DNA of 64,000 nucleotides from Candidatus Sericytochromatia bacterium (GCA_036676985.1 JAKFBU010000030.1:7166-71165); one strand, 5' to 3'. Positions 28,090-38,740 are shown, counted from the stretch's first letter. Translations and numbers: made by a program. Notes: a model not told the origin generated them from the sequence alone.

Positions 28090-30651
28090 ATGTCCACGTC
28101 CATCGGAAAACTGCACCAGGCCCTCACGGTCGAGGCGCGCCACCGCTACCCCAACATCCAGGGGCAGACGGCGCGCTTCGCGGACTTCGTGTGCGAGCAG
28201 TTGGCCGTCCTGCGCCTCACCCTGGGTCCCAACCCCAGCCTCCGGGCCAAGCTCGCCCAGCTGGGCGACGGCTTCGCCCAGTACGACGCCCTGACGCCGC
28301 CCGAGCGGCAGACGCTGGTCGACGGCATGATCGCGGTCCTGCCCTACCTCTCGGGCCCCCGCGCCGAGGCCTTCATGAACGCCCCGATGGGCGTGCTCAG
28401 CCCCGCGGACTCGGCCCGCATGGCGGCCAAGGCGGCACAGGCGAGCAGAGCGGCTCAGGCCGACCAGTCCGTCCGCGAGACGCCGAACCCCTACGCGAAA
28501 AAGCCCGCCGCTCCCCGTACCGGCGCCCCCAAGGTCGACGGCAAGGGGCTCGACCAGGCCGTGCAGTTCGTCAAGGGCGTGGGCCCGCGCATGGCCGAGA
28601 GCCTCGCCAAGCTCGGCATCCTCACGGTGCGCGACCTCGTGCATCACTTCCCGCGCAAGCACCTCTACTACGACAACCGCACGCTCATCCGGGACCTCAA
28701 GGAAGGCGACGAGGTCTCCATCTGGGGGACCGTCCGCAAGGTCGAGGCCTTCAACCCGCCGCGCAAGCCCAACATGTGCATCATGACCGTCACCGTCAGC
28801 GACGGGACGGGCTCCGTGACGGCCCGCTGGTTCCAGGGCAAGGCCAACCGCTACCAGATGGACCAGTTCAAGAAGCGCTTCCCCATCGGGTGGCGGGTGC
28901 TCCTGTCGGGCGTGGTGCGCTACGACGAGTTCCAGGGCCGCAAGTTCTTCGATCGCCCCGAGGCCGAGGTCCTGGGCGAGAGCGGCGAGGAGGAGACGGA
29001 CTCGCTGCACATGGGGCGCATCGTGCCCGTCTACCCGCTGACCGAGGGGCTGCACCTCAAGGGGCTCAGAAACGCGATCCACGCGGCCCTCGAGGCCTTC
29101 GGGCCACTGATCACGGACCCCATGCCCCCGGCCCTTATTAAGCGCAACGGGCTCATGGGCCGCCGCGAGGCCATCCGGGCCTACCACTTCCCCTCCTCCA
29201 AGGAGGAAGAGAAGCGAGCCAAGGAGCGCCTGGTCTACGACGAGTTCTTCTGGCTGCAGCTGGGGCTCGCCTACCGCCGGGCCCAGATCCGCAAGAACAG
29301 CGAGAGCATCGCCATCCCGGCCAAGGGCGAGCTCACCGAGAAGCTCCTGGCCGCCCTGCCGTTCCAGCTCACGGGCGCCCAGGCCCGGGTCTTCGACGAG
29401 ATCCGGCGCGACCTCGCGGCCTCCGAGGCCATGAACCGCCTGGTGCAGGGGGACGTGGGCTCCGGAAAGACGGTCGTGGCCCTCCTGAGCCTCTTGGTCG
29501 CCGTCGAGAACGGCTACCAGGGCGCCCTCATGGCCCCCACCGAGATCCTCGCCGAGCAGCACTACAAGAAGTTCGTCGAGTGGCTCACGCCCCTCGGCAT
29601 CCCCTGCGCGCTCCTGCTCGGCAAGCAGGGCAAGCGCGAGCGCAACCAGTATCTCAAGGCGATCGCCGCCGGCTACACGCCCATCACCGTGGGAACCCAC
29701 GCCCTCATCCAGCAGGGCGTCGAGTTCCAGAACCTGGGGCTGGTCGTCATCGACGAGCAGCACCGCTTCGGCGTCAAGCAGCGCGCCGAGCTGCGCAGCA
29801 AGGGCCGGCACCCCGAGGTCCTGACCATGACGGCCACCCCCATTCCGCGCACCCTGGCCCTCTCCATGCACGGGGACCTGGACGTCTCGGTCATCGACGA
29901 GCTGCCGCCCGGCCGCAAGCCCATCCAGACGTCCTGGGTCTCCTCCAAGGGCCGCAAGGGCGCCTGGGAGCTCGTCCGCCGGGAGCTCGGCATCGGCCGC
30001 CAGGCCTACATCGTCTTCCCGCTCATCGACAAGAGCGAAGAGATGGAGAACGTGCGCGCGGCCACCGAGGAGGCCGAGGTCCTCCAGCACAAGGTCTTCC
30101 CGGAGTACCGGGTGGGCCTCTTGCATGGCCAGATGCCCGCCGACGAGAAGGAGGCCATGATCGAGGCCTTCCGCAAGCACGAGCTCGACATCCTGGTGGC
30201 CACCACCGTCATCGAGGTGGGCGTGGACGTGCCCAACGCCTCGGTCATGGTCATCGAGAACGCCGAGCGCTTCGGCCTGAGCCAGCTTCACCAGCTAAGA
30301 GGCCGCGTGGGCCGGGGCGCCGACCAGTCGTACTGCATCCTCGTCACGAGCTCCCCGTCCGAGGCCACCAAGCAGCGCATGGAGGTCATGGTCGCCACCA
30401 ACGACGGCTTCGTCATCGCCGAGCAGGACCTCAAGCTGCGCGGCCCCGGCGAGTTCCTGGGCACCCGCCAGAGCGGTCTGCCGGACTTCGTGCTCGCAGA
30501 CCTCACGGCCGACACCCACGCCCTCGAAGAGGCGCGCAAGGCGGCCTTCGAGCTCATGGGGCAAGACCCCGAGCTCGCGCGTCACCCGGAGGTCAAGGCC
30601 GAGCTGTACCGTCACTTCCAGTCCAACCTGGGCTTCTTGGGAATCGGATAA
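28090..30651 (+). CDS. recG: ATP-dependent DNA helicase RecG with ~160-aa N-terminal extension
   Basis: 853 aa. The wedge region starts at FVKGVGPRMAESLAKLGILTVRDLVHHFPRKH (about aa 160). Helicase motifs GDVGSGKT, VIDEQHRFG, TATPIPRT and QLHQLRGRVGRG. Confidence 0.92.
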   Translation: MSTSIGKLHQALTVEARHRYPNIQGQTARFADFVCEQLAVLRLTLGPNPSLRAKLAQLGDGFAQYDALTPPERQTLVDGMIAVLPYLSGPRAEAFMNAPMGVLSPADSARMAAKAAQASRAAQADQSVRETPNPYAKKPAAPRTGAPKVDGKGLDQAVQFVKGVGPRMAESLAKLGILTVRDLVHHFPRKHLYYDNRTLIRDLKEGDEVSIWGTVRKVEAFNPPRKPNMCIMTVTVSDGTGSVTARWFQGKANRYQMDQFKKRFPIGWRVLLSGVVRYDEFQGRKFFDRPEAEVLGESGEEETDSLHMGRIVPVYPLTEGLHLKGLRNAIHAALEAFGPLITDPMPPALIKRNGLMGRREAIRAYHFPSSKEEEKRAKERLVYDEFFWLQLGLAYRRAQIRKNSESIAIPAKGELTEKLLAALPFQLTGAQARVFDEIRRDLAASEAMNRLVQGDVGSGKTVVALLSLLVAVENGYQGALMAPTEILAEQHYKKFVEWLTPLGIPCALLLGKQGKRERNQYLKAIAAGYTPITVGTHALIQQGVEFQNLGLVVIDEQHRFGVKQRAELRSKGRHPEVLTMTATPIPRTLALSMHGDLDVSVIDELPPGRKPIQTSWVSSKGRKGAWELVRRELGIGRQAYIVFPLIDKSEEMENVRAATEEAEVLQHKVFPEYRVGLLHGQMPADEKEAMIEAFRKHELDILVATTVIEVGVDVPNASVMVIENAERFGLSQLHQLRGRVGRGADQSYCILVTSSPSEATKQRMEVMVATNDGFVIAEQDLKLRGPGEFLGTRQSGLPDFVLADLTADTHALEEARKAAFELMGQDPELARHPEVKAELYRHFQSNLGFLGIG

Positions 30652-31194
30652 ATGCAAGTCATCGCAGGCACGCACCGCGGGCGCAAGCTCAAGACCCTCA
30701 AAGGAGACCTCACCCGGCCGACCAGCGGCCTGGTACGGGGCGCCATGTTCAGCATCCTGGGCGATCGCCTCCCCGATGCGCGGGTGCTCGACCTGTATGC
30801 AGGCAGCGGAGCGCTCGCCATCGAGGCCCTGTCACGCGGAGCCCGAGACGCCGTCCTCGTCGAGCGCGCGGCCGACGCCCAGAAGGTCATCCAGGACAAC
30901 CTGCAGGCCTTGGGGCTGGGCGAACGCGCCACTCTGGTCCGGGGCGACGTCTCGGGCAAGCTCAAGGCCCTCGTGGGCCCCTTCGACGTGGTGCTCGCCG
31001 ACCCTCCCTACCGCACCGTCGATTGGTCCCAGTTGCTTCAGGCCCTCCAGACCCCGGGCCTCCTGGCACCCGGAGCCGTGGTGCTCGCCGAGCATGCCCG
31101 GGGCGAGGCCCTTCCAGCCGCGTGCGGCTCCCTGACCCTCGCCAGGACCTACCAGTACGGCGAGACGCACCTCGCCCTCTATCACCTGGCCTGA
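30652..31194 (+). CDS. rsmD: 16S rRNA (guanine966-N2)-methyltransferase RsmD
   Basis: 180 aa with LDLYAGSGALAIEALSRGA and the DPPY motif (ADPPY). The ATG abuts the recG TAA stop. Confidence 0.9.
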   Translation: MQVIAGTHRGRKLKTLKGDLTRPTSGLVRGAMFSILGDRLPDARVLDLYAGSGALAIEALSRGARDAVLVERAADAQKVIQDNLQALGLGERATLVRGDVSGKLKALVGPFDVVLADPPYRTVDWSQLLQALQTPGLLAPGAVVLAEHARGEALPAACGSLTLARTYQYGETHLALYHLA

Positions 31195-31537
31195 CGGGGG
31201 ATCCCGCTCCGGCCCGCCGATCCGCTGGGGCGGCGCCGTTGCGCGCTTTCGCTTAGAAAGCTCACACGAATGAGCCAATCCTTACGGCCACCCGGCGAGG
31301 GGGGTCCCGACCGCTCCTGGGCACCGACCTCCGATAGTCGAGCAGTCGCCGTCGCGGCGAGCCGGCATGGGTCGAGCGCTCGATGGCACCATGCCGACGT
31401 TTGAGCGTCCTCGGGATCGATTGACAGGCAGGCCTCCGATCGAGGACACTAAGGCTTGTTACATATATTCATTATAATTTATGAACGATCGGCCTGGACA
31501 CAGGTCATAGGAACTGGCCTAGAGGAAAGGAGCGCGC

Positions 31538-31864
31538 ATGCTGCAGCTCGATATCCAACAGACCCCCGAGGAAACGGTTCTCCTGCTGTCCGGGGCGGTG
31601 GATACCCGCGAACTTTCGCAGCTCGACACCCAACTCGACGTCCTGATCGGCACCTTCCGGCCCGTCGTCGTGGCCGACCTCAGCCAGCTCGGCAGCCTCA
31701 CGAGCGTGGGGCTCAAGTCCTTCATCCGCCTGGAGCGGCGGCTCACGATCTGCGGCAAGCGCTTCGTCATCCGGCACGCACCCGCGCACATCAAGCGGGT
31801 CTTCGAGTACTGCGGCTTGGACGTCTACTTCTCGTTCGAGAGCCCCCCCGGCCGTATGGCTTGA
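31538..31864 (+). CDS. STAS-domain protein (anti-sigma-factor antagonist type), copy 1
   Basis: 108 aa. LLLSGAVDT...DLSQLGSLTSVGLKSFIRL...VFEYCGLDVYF, with a Ser at the SpoIIAA phospho-site position (TSVGL). AAGGAG RBS. An AT-rich tract containing TATAAT lies upstream (31456-31480). Confidence 0.8.
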   Translation: MLQLDIQQTPEETVLLLSGAVDTRELSQLDTQLDVLIGTFRPVVVADLSQLGSLTSVGLKSFIRLERRLTICGKRFVIRHAPAHIKRVFEYCGLDVYFSFESPPGRMA

Positions 31865-31897
31865 GAGGGGACTGACCGAGCACCAAAGCCACGTGCC

Positions 31898-34800
31898 TCA
31901 GGCGCTCCGTGGGCCCGAAGGGGTCACCTCCGGCTGCTCCGATACGGAAGGAACGAACCCTACCTGGATCATGTAGTCGAGGTAGGTGTCGAAGAGCCTT
32001 CCATCCAATGGAGGACAGGGGATCATGCCGGGTGCCAGTCGCTCCCATGTGTAGCCGCAGTCGAACGCCGGGGACTGGTCCAGGAAGAACAGCTCCCACA
32101 AGGACGGCGGCTCTCCGGGCGCGCGCTCGGCGAAGAACGGTTGCAGCACCCGCAAGGCATCGTCGGGTTGGTCACCCGAGATCCGGGCGAGGTGATGCTT
32201 CCACTCCTCCAGGGGCATCAAGCGGATGGGATAGCCCTTGGCCCGTAGGTGTTCGGCCAAGCTCCGCCACGTCGCGGGCCGGGGATGGATCAGGTGGAAG
32301 ACCTGGTCGGTCTGAGGGGCTTGCAGCGATAGCTCGACGATGGCCTGGCTCACGACCTCCACCGGCAGGATATCGAGGGGCGTCTCCGCATCCGGGGCGG
32401 CCTGCATCCGGATCCACGCCTGGACCATGCGGCAGACCATGTCGCTCAGGTTGCTGACTCCCGTCCGCTGGGAGCCGCCGATGAAGCCCGGTCGATACAC
32501 CGAGACGGGCAGCCCCCGTTCCTGTGCCGCCACCACCAGCTTCTCGGCGACCCACTTGCTTTGCAGGTAGCCGCTGATGACGCTCTGCCAGCGCTCGGGC
32601 CAGTCCGTCTCGACGACCCGCCGTCCTGCGAACTCCTCGGTCGCGAACAGGGCGAGCGTCGAGACCATGTGTACCGGCTTGATCCGGGTATGGAAGGCCA
32701 AGCGCAGGATCTCCTGCGTCCCGATGACGTTGGGGCCCTTCAAGGCCGCGTAGGGATAGAGGTGGTTGGGCTCGGCCCCGCAGTGGTAGATGACATCCAC
32801 CTCCTGAGCCAGCTGGGCGAATCGCTCGCCGGACAAGCCCAGGCGCGGCAGCGTCAGATCGCCATGGACGGCCTCGATCCGGGTCGCATGGGCCTCCTGC
32901 CACAGGCCATGCGCCTCCAGGTTCTCCCGGACCCGCCGCATGGCATCGCCCGGCTCGGCAGCTCGAACGAGACAGTACACCTTGGCTGGGGTCGCCTCCA
33001 GCAGATCGTGCAACAGGTAGGCCCCGAGCAGGCCCGTGGCACCCGTGAGCAGCAACGTCTCGGGCTCCGCACGAACGGGCAGGGGGTCTGCAGGCGGCAC
33101 GATGGTCGGATCGAGCACCGCCTCCTGGGTCAGGTCGATGGTCGCCGCCGTGCTTTCGGTCCCCTGCTCGAAGGTCTCGAGCACGTGCTCGGCGAGGTCG
33201 CGAATCGAGAGCCCCTCGAGAAACTTGACGACGGGGATCACGCACTCCAGGCCGTCTCGGATCCGGTTCTTGAGCTCGGTGGCCGTCAATGAGTCGAGGC
33301 CCAGCCGGGGCAGCGCGACTTCCGGATCGATGCGGGCGACGGGGATCCGCAAGGAGCGGCTGAGCTCCTGGGCGAGATACGCGACGAGCCGATCCTGGCG
33401 CGCCTCGGTGGGCAACGCCAGTAGTTCTTGCCGCAGCGAACCCGCGGCCGGGATGCGGAGCTCGAGCGCCTCTTCCGTCGCTTGCTCGGGGATCAAGTGG
33501 GCGTACAGCGGCTTCGCCCCCGCACGGTGCCCGAACCGGGCCCAGTCCATGGGCAGTACCGCGGCCTGCGCTGGGGTCGAGCCCAGGAGCCGGCTCAAGG
33601 CCTCCAGCCCCATGTCTGGCCGGATGCCGGCAAGCCCCAGCTGCGCCAGCCGTTCGCCGCGGTTTTCCTCGGCGGCCGCGAGGCCGACCTGGGCCCAGGG
33701 GCCCCAGTTGATGCTGAGGGCAGGAAGCCCTTCGCTCCGACGATGGTGGGCCAGCGCATCCAGGTAGGCGTTGGCGGCCGCATAGGCGCCCTGGCCGCTC
33801 GAGCCCAGGAGGGACGAGGCCGACGAGAACAGGACGAAGAAGTCGAGGGGCAGCTCCCGGGTGAGGGCATGCAGGTTCCAGGCGCCGCCAATCTTGGGAG
33901 CCATCACCCGCTGGAACCGCTCAGCGTCGAGGGCGAGCAGCATGCCGTCATCCAAGAGGCCTGCGGCATGGACGACGCCCCGGAGCGGAGCCCCGTCACC
34001 CGTTGCGGCCAGCGCCGTGCGGAGCTGATCGGAATCGGTCACGTCCGCCAGCGCGACGGTGACCGAGACCCCGGCCTGCCGTAACTCGGAGAGGACCTGA
34101 TCCGCCTCGCCCCGAGGAGCCGACCGCCCCAGCAGCAGCAGGTGGCGCGCGCCGTGATCGGCCAGCCACCGCGAGACGAGCAAGCCAAGAGCCCCCAGGC
34201 CCCCGGTGATGAGATAGGTCGCATCCGGTCGGAAGGCCAGGACCTCGTCGGGTCGAGCCTCCGACTCCGATAGCGGCTGCAGCCTTTCGAGGTACCGGAC
34301 TCCCGAGCGGATGGCCACGAGTGTTTCCGCATCGTCCGCCAGGATCTCGGCGGCGAGGCCGGCAAGGTCTCGGGCCCCAGGGTCGGGCTCCAGGTCGAGG
34401 CAGGTACAGCGGAGCTCGGGGTGCTCCTGGGCGATGGTCTTGCCCAGCCCCCACATGGGGGCCTCCATCAGGGCGCTCGCCGATACGTCCGCGACGGGCT
34501 GAACGCCCGCGGTCACCAGGTAGAGGCGAGGAGCCTGGGGCCAGGCCGTCTCCCCGATGGCCTGGATCAAGGCCAGGACGCTGTGGCACCCGGAGGTCTG
34601 CGCTGCCGCAAGGGCTGCCGGGGTGAGGAGCTGGCCCGCCACGGGTGAGCGTCCCCCCAGATGCACGATGGTGGTGCAGGCCGGGCCCTCCGTAGCGCCG
34701 ATGGCTTCGAGCAGCCGGACCATATCCTCGCGCGCGTCCGGTCGCAACCGGAAGCGCCGCTTGCTCGACCGTTCGTAGCCCGGTCCCGGCAAGGCCAGGT

Positions 34801-37800
34801 AGCATGTGATGCCCTTGGCCTCCAGGAGGGTCGCCAAGGAGTCGGCAGTAGCTTCCGTATCCGCGAACAGCAGGCAGGCGGAAGGGGTCACCGTTTGGTC
34901 GAGCGACAGGGGCTCCGCCTGCCAGCGAACCTGATAGAGGCTGTCTTCGACGCGGGCGCTCCGGGCACCCTCCATGGCGCGCCACTTCAGGCCCTCGAAC
35001 TCGGCGATGACGCCGTGCTCGTCGTAGAGCCGGACGTCACCTTCGAGCGTCCCATCGTCCTGGTGGGTGCAGCGCGCATGGCACCACATCTCGCTCGAAG
35101 GGCGCGCCATCAGGCGAACGGTATGGATGCCCACCGGCAGGAAGGAGCCCGCCATGAGGGCCTCCGGGGAGACCGCCGCCATCATGGCCTGACCGCAGGC
35201 GTCCATGAGGGCCGGGTGGCCGTGATAGGCCGCGAGGTCGGGCGCCAGGGCGTCCGGAGGGACGACCTGCGCCAGCGCCTCGGAGTCTCCGCGCCAGAGG
35301 CGCTGGATCCCCTGGAACGTGGGACCGTACGCGTAGGCCGACCCGTCGCCGCGGAGCCGGCGGTAAAACTCGGCACCGGCCTGCGCCGGTCCCTCGGTCT
35401 CGAACCGCGCGCGGAGGGTCTCCGGCCGGGGCGGCTCCGAGGGGCTCGCGGTTCGGGGCGAGGCCAGCATGGTCGCATGACTCGTCCAGGCGGTGTCCGG
35501 GGGGCTGTCCGCGGGGCGGCTGTGGAGGCGGATCCGGACGGCTCCCTCCGGCGCGGGGCTCAGGGAAATCTGGACCGTATAGGTCTCGGCTTCCGAGACG
35601 ACCAGGGCCTGCTGCAGCTCCAGGTCGGCCAGCGTGAGCTCGGAGGTGCCGAAGTAGCGGCTCGCCGCCGCATGCGCCATTTCCAGGTAGGCCGTGCCGG
35701 GGAAGATCGTCGCGCCAAACACCCGGTGGTCCTGGACGAACGAGAGACGCCCGTCCACCTGGGCCTGCCAGACTCGCTCCTCCGGGTGCCCGGCAAGGCT
35801 CAAGGGCTCGCCCAGCAAGGGATGGCCTCCCTTGGTCCCACGGGCGGAAAGGCGGCGCGGGGTAGAGGGATCGAACCAGTAGCGCTCGCGCTGCCAGCGA
35901 TACGTCGGCAACGGGATGAAGCGCCCGACAGGCGAGACCCGCTCCCAGTCGATCGCCTGTCCGACGGTAAAGAGCGCGGCCAGCGAGCCCAGCATGACGG
36001 CAAGCTCTGCCTCGCCCCGCTTGAGGGAGGGCAGCACGAGCGCTGAGGGGGCCGCGAGGGCGTCGCGGACCGAGCCCGTCAGGATGGGATGTGGGCTGAT
36101 CTCCACGAAGAGATCGTGCTTGGTGTTGCCGAGCGTCTGGATGGCCGGCGAGAACAGGACGGGCTCCCGCATGTTGCGCGCCCAGTAGGCGGCATCGAGC
36201 GTCGGGCCATCGACCATCTGGCCCGTCACCGTCGAGAGCATCGGCACCGTCGGTCGCTCCGGGGTGATGCCGGCCAGCATGCCTTGGAGCTCGTCCAGGA
36301 GCGGATCCATGTGGGGGCTGTGAGAGGCCACGTCCACGTTGACCAGCCGGCAGAAGACCTCCTGCTGCTCGAGCGTGGCGAGCAGCTCGAGGACCGCCGC
36401 GCGATCGCCGGACAGGACCGTGGAGCTGGGCCCGTTGCAGGCCGCGAGGGCCAGGCGCCCCTCGTAGCCGGCGATCGCCCGCTTGGCGTCGTCCCAGCTC
36501 AGGTCGACCAGCGCCATGGCCCCCTGTCCGGCGGCCCGCTTCATCAGGTGGCTGCGCAGGCAGATGATCCGGGCGGCGTCCTCCAGGCGGAGGGCTCCGG
36601 CGACGTGGGCCGCCGCGACCTCCCCCATGCTGTGGCCGACCACCGCCTGGGGCTCGACGCCCCAGGAGCGCCACACCGCCGCCAGGGCCACCTGCACCGC
36701 GAAGATCAAGGGCTGGATGGTGTCGATGCCCTCCCAGGCCGCCTGGTCTTCGGGAGCGAAGAGCTGCTCGAGCAAGGGCACCGAGAGGTGCGGGGCCATC
36801 GCGGCCGCACAGCGCTCCAGGGCGGACCGGAAGACCTCCGATTCGGCGAAGAGCTGCCGTCCCATGCCCAGCCATTGCGAGCCCTGGCCCGGGAACACGA
36901 AGACGACCTTGCGGCGTCGCCCGCTCCGCTTGCCGAGCGCGACGCCCGGCAACACGTCTCCGCTCGCAAGGGAAGAGAGCTTGTCCTTCAGGTCGGGAAG
37001 CGAGGTGAAGGCGATCGCCAAGCGTTGATCCAGGTGCTCGCGCCTCAGGGCAGCCGTGTGGCACAGATCTCCCAGGCCTCCGGCCGGGAGGGTGTCGACC
37101 AGGGCCGCGTAATCCCCTGCCAGGGCCGCGAGCGAGTCGGGCGTCTGGGCCGAGAGCGCGAGCAGCCGAGCTGTCGGCTCGGCGGGGTCGTCCGTCGCCG
37201 GCACCGGCTCCGGCGCCGAGGCCAGGACCACATGGCAATTGGTCCCCCCGAAGCCGAAGGCGCTGACGCCCGCGATGCAGGGGTGGGGCCAGTCCTCGAG
37301 CCGAGTCTGGACCTTCAGCGGCAGCCGGTCGAACGGGATGTAGGGGTTCGGGTTCTCGAAGTGCATGTTCGCCGGGAGCTGGCGCCGGTGCATGGCCAGG
37401 GCGGTCTTGATGACCCCGGCCACCCCCGCGGCCGCCTCGGCGTGACCGATGACCGACTTGACCGAGCCCAGGCGGCAGGGCCGATCCGCCGATCGGCCCT
37501 CGGCGAGCACGGTCCCCAGGGCCTGCGCCTCGATCGGATCTCCGAGCAGCGTCCCGGTCCCATGGGCCTCGACGTACTGGACGTCACCCGGCGAGATCCC
37601 CGCCTGGCGGTAGGCATCGCGCAGGAGGGCCTCCTGGGAGTAGCGGTTGGGAGCGGTCAGGCCGTTGCTCTGGCCATCCTGGTTGACGGCCGAGGCCTGG
37701 ATGACCGCGTAGATCCGGTCTCCGTCGGCCACCGCCCGGGAGAGCGGCTTGAGGACGACCATACCCACCCCTTCGGCCCGGACGTAGCCGTTGGCGCGGG

Positions 37801-38467
37801 CGTCGAAGGACTTGCAGCGACCGTCCGGCGACAGGGCGGTCAGACGGCTGAACCCGAGGCTGAGCTCGGGGCTGAGCAGGAGGTTCACGCCGCCGGCAAG
37901 CGCAAGCGACGACTCTCCGGCCCGGAGGCTCTGGCACGCCAGGTGGAGGGCCACCAGGGACGAGGAGCAGGCGGTATCCACCACCATGCTCGGCCCCCGG
38001 AAATCGTAGAAGTACGACAGGCGGTTGGCGGCGATGCTCGGCGCGGCCCCCGTGTTGGTGTGCGCGTCGATGCGCTCGGGATCCGCCAGCAGCCACCGCG
38101 CGTAGTCGTTGGTGGCCACGCCGAGGAAGACGCCGACCGATGTGCCCGCCAGACGGCTTGGAGGCTGCCCGGCATCCTCCAGGGCCTCCCAGGAGGCCTC
38201 CATCAGGAGGCGCTGCTGGGGATCCATGAGCGTGGCCTCGCGCGGCGCGATCCGGAAGAAGGACGCATCGAAGCGATCGACTCCCTCGAGGAAGCCCCCC
38301 CAGCCTGCCCCCTGAGCCTTGGGGTCGTCCGACTCGGCCGCCTCCCACCGGGACGGGGGAACCGGGGTGATGGCATCCGTCCCCGTGCGCAGCAGGTCCC
38401 AGAAGGCGTCCGGGCCATCGGCCCCCGGGAAACGGCAACCGATACCGACAATCGCGATGGCTTCCAA
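31898..38467 (-). CDS. Single-module type I polyketide synthase, KS-AT-DH-KR-ACP-R (terminal thioester reductase)
   Basis: 2189 aa, TTG start with a GGAG RBS.
- KS, aa 1-418 (nt 37214-38467): DTACSSSL Cys167, EAHGTGT, VIGHAE.
- AT, aa 520-835 (nt 35963-36910): GHSMGE Ser613, VASH 713-716.
- DH, aa 880-1165 (nt 34973-35830): HPLLG, HRVFGATIFP (HxxxGxxxxP), YAYGPTF, DACGQ.
- KR, aa 1415-1595 (nt 33683-34225): TGGLGALG, LDD, SSASS, YAAAN.
- ACP, aa 1685-1765 (nt 33173-33415): LGLDSL Ser1726.
- R, aa 1803-2189 (nt 31901-33061): TGATGLLG, YLQSK (YxxxK). Confidence 0.92.
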   Translation of the reverse strand: MEAIAIVGIGCRFPGADGPDAFWDLLRTGTDAITPVPPSRWEAAESDDPKAQGAGWGGFLEGVDRFDASFFRIAPREATLMDPQQRLLMEASWEALEDAGQPPSRLAGTSVGVFLGVATNDYARWLLADPERIDAHTNTGAAPSIAANRLSYFYDFRGPSMVVDTACSSSLVALHLACQSLRAGESSLALAGGVNLLLSPELSLGFSRLTALSPDGRCKSFDARANGYVRAEGVGMVVLKPLSRAVADGDRIYAVIQASAVNQDGQSNGLTAPNRYSQEALLRDAYRQAGISPGDVQYVEAHGTGTLLGDPIEAQALGTVLAEGRSADRPCRLGSVKSVIGHAEAAAGVAGVIKTALAMHRRQLPANMHFENPNPYIPFDRLPLKVQTRLEDWPHPCIAGVSAFGFGGTNCHVVLASAPEPVPATDDPAEPTARLLALSAQTPDSLAALAGDYAALVDTLPAGGLGDLCHTAALRREHLDQRLAIAFTSLPDLKDKLSSLASGDVLPGVALGKRSGRRRKVVFVFPGQGSQWLGMGRQLFAESEVFRSALERCAAAMAPHLSVPLLEQLFAPEDQAAWEGIDTIQPLIFAVQVALAAVWRSWGVEPQAVVGHSMGEVAAAHVAGALRLEDAARIICLRSHLMKRAAGQGAMALVDLSWDDAKRAIAGYEGRLALAACNGPSSTVLSGDRAAVLELLATLEQQEVFCRLVNVDVASHSPHMDPLLDELQGMLAGITPERPTVPMLSTVTGQMVDGPTLDAAYWARNMREPVLFSPAIQTLGNTKHDLFVEISPHPILTGSVRDALAAPSALVLPSLKRGEAELAVMLGSLAALFTVGQAIDWERVSPVGRFIPLPTYRWQRERYWFDPSTPRRLSARGTKGGHPLLGEPLSLAGHPEERVWQAQVDGRLSFVQDHRVFGATIFPGTAYLEMAHAAASRYFGTSELTLADLELQQALVVSEAETYTVQISLSPAPEGAVRIRLHSRPADSPPDTAWTSHATMLASPRTASPSEPPRPETLRARFETEGPAQAGAEFYRRLRGDGSAYAYGPTFQGIQRLWRGDSEALAQVVPPDALAPDLAAYHGHPALMDACGQAMMAAVSPEALMAGSFLPVGIHTVRLMARPSSEMWCHARCTHQDDGTLEGDVRLYDEHGVIAEFEGLKWRAMEGARSARVEDSLYQVRWQAEPLSLDQTVTPSACLLFADTEATADSLATLLEAKGITCYLALPGPGYERSSKRRFRLRPDAREDMVRLLEAIGATEGPACTTIVHLGGRSPVAGQLLTPAALAAAQTSGCHSVLALIQAIGETAWPQAPRLYLVTAGVQPVADVSASALMEAPMWGLGKTIAQEHPELRCTCLDLEPDPGARDLAGLAAEILADDAETLVAIRSGVRYLERLQPLSESEARPDEVLAFRPDATYLITGGLGALGLLVSRWLADHGARHLLLLGRSAPRGEADQVLSELRQAGVSVTVALADVTDSDQLRTALAATGDGAPLRGVVHAAGLLDDGMLLALDAERFQRVMAPKIGGAWNLHALTRELPLDFFVLFSSASSLLGSSGQGAYAAANAYLDALAHHRRSEGLPALSINWGPWAQVGLAAAEENRGERLAQLGLAGIRPDMGLEALSRLLGSTPAQAAVLPMDWARFGHRAGAKPLYAHLIPEQATEEALELRIPAAGSLRQELLALPTEARQDRLVAYLAQELSRSLRIPVARIDPEVALPRLGLDSLTATELKNRIRDGLECVIPVVKFLEGLSIRDLAEHVLETFEQGTESTAATIDLTQEAVLDPTIVPPADPLPVRAEPETLLLTGATGLLGAYLLHDLLEATPAKVYCLVRAAEPGDAMRRVRENLEAHGLWQEAHATRIEAVHGDLTLPRLGLSGERFAQLAQEVDVIYHCGAEPNHLYPYAALKGPNVIGTQEILRLAFHTRIKPVHMVSTLALFATEEFAGRRVVETDWPERWQSVISGYLQSKWVAEKLVVAAQERGLPVSVYRPGFIGGSQRTGVSNLSDMVCRMVQAWIRMQAAPDAETPLDILPVEVVSQAIVELSLQAPQTDQVFHLIHPRPATWRSLAEHLRAKGYPIRLMPLEEWKHHLARISGDQPDDALRVLQPFFAERAPGEPPSLWELFFLDQSPAFDCGYTWERLAPGMIPCPPLDGRLFDTYLDYMIQVGFVPSVSEQPEVTPSGPRSA

Positions 38468-38494
38468 CTCTAGCGCTCCAACCTCGATGCCCTG

Positions 38495-38740
38495 TTAGGC
38501 CGCCACCAGGGATGCCGCGAGGGCCTCGATGGTCGGGAAGTCCCACAGCAGGGTCGGCTCCAGTTCGCGGCCGAGCATGTCCTCGAGGTCCGCGGCCAGC
38601 GTGATGGCCATGACGGAATCCAGGCCGTAGTAGGAGAAGGGACGGCGCACGTCGATCTCCTGGTCGAGGTTCAGATCCTGGGTCAGTCTTTCTACGAGCC
38701 AGTCCTCGAGGGCTTGCCGGGTGACGGGGGCGGTGGACAT
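38495..38740 (-). CDS. Stand-alone acyl carrier protein
   Basis: 81 aa with the phosphopantetheine attachment motif YGLDSVMAITL. It lies between the FAAL and PKS genes, with 38-nt and 27-nt spacers. Confidence 0.88.
   Translation of the reverse strand: MSTAPVTRQALEDWLVERLTQDLNLDQEIDVRRPFSYYGLDSVMAITLAADLEDMLGRELEPTLLWDFPTIEALAASLVAA

Noticed and set aside
28057-30291. 744-aa ORF on the - strand
   Set aside because: It is antisense to recG, which has the full set of helicase motifs.
36089-38473. 794-aa + strand ORF and several other 100-460-aa ORFs inside 31898..38467
   Set aside because: All are antisense to or out of frame with the PKS, whose domain motifs are continuous in a single frame.
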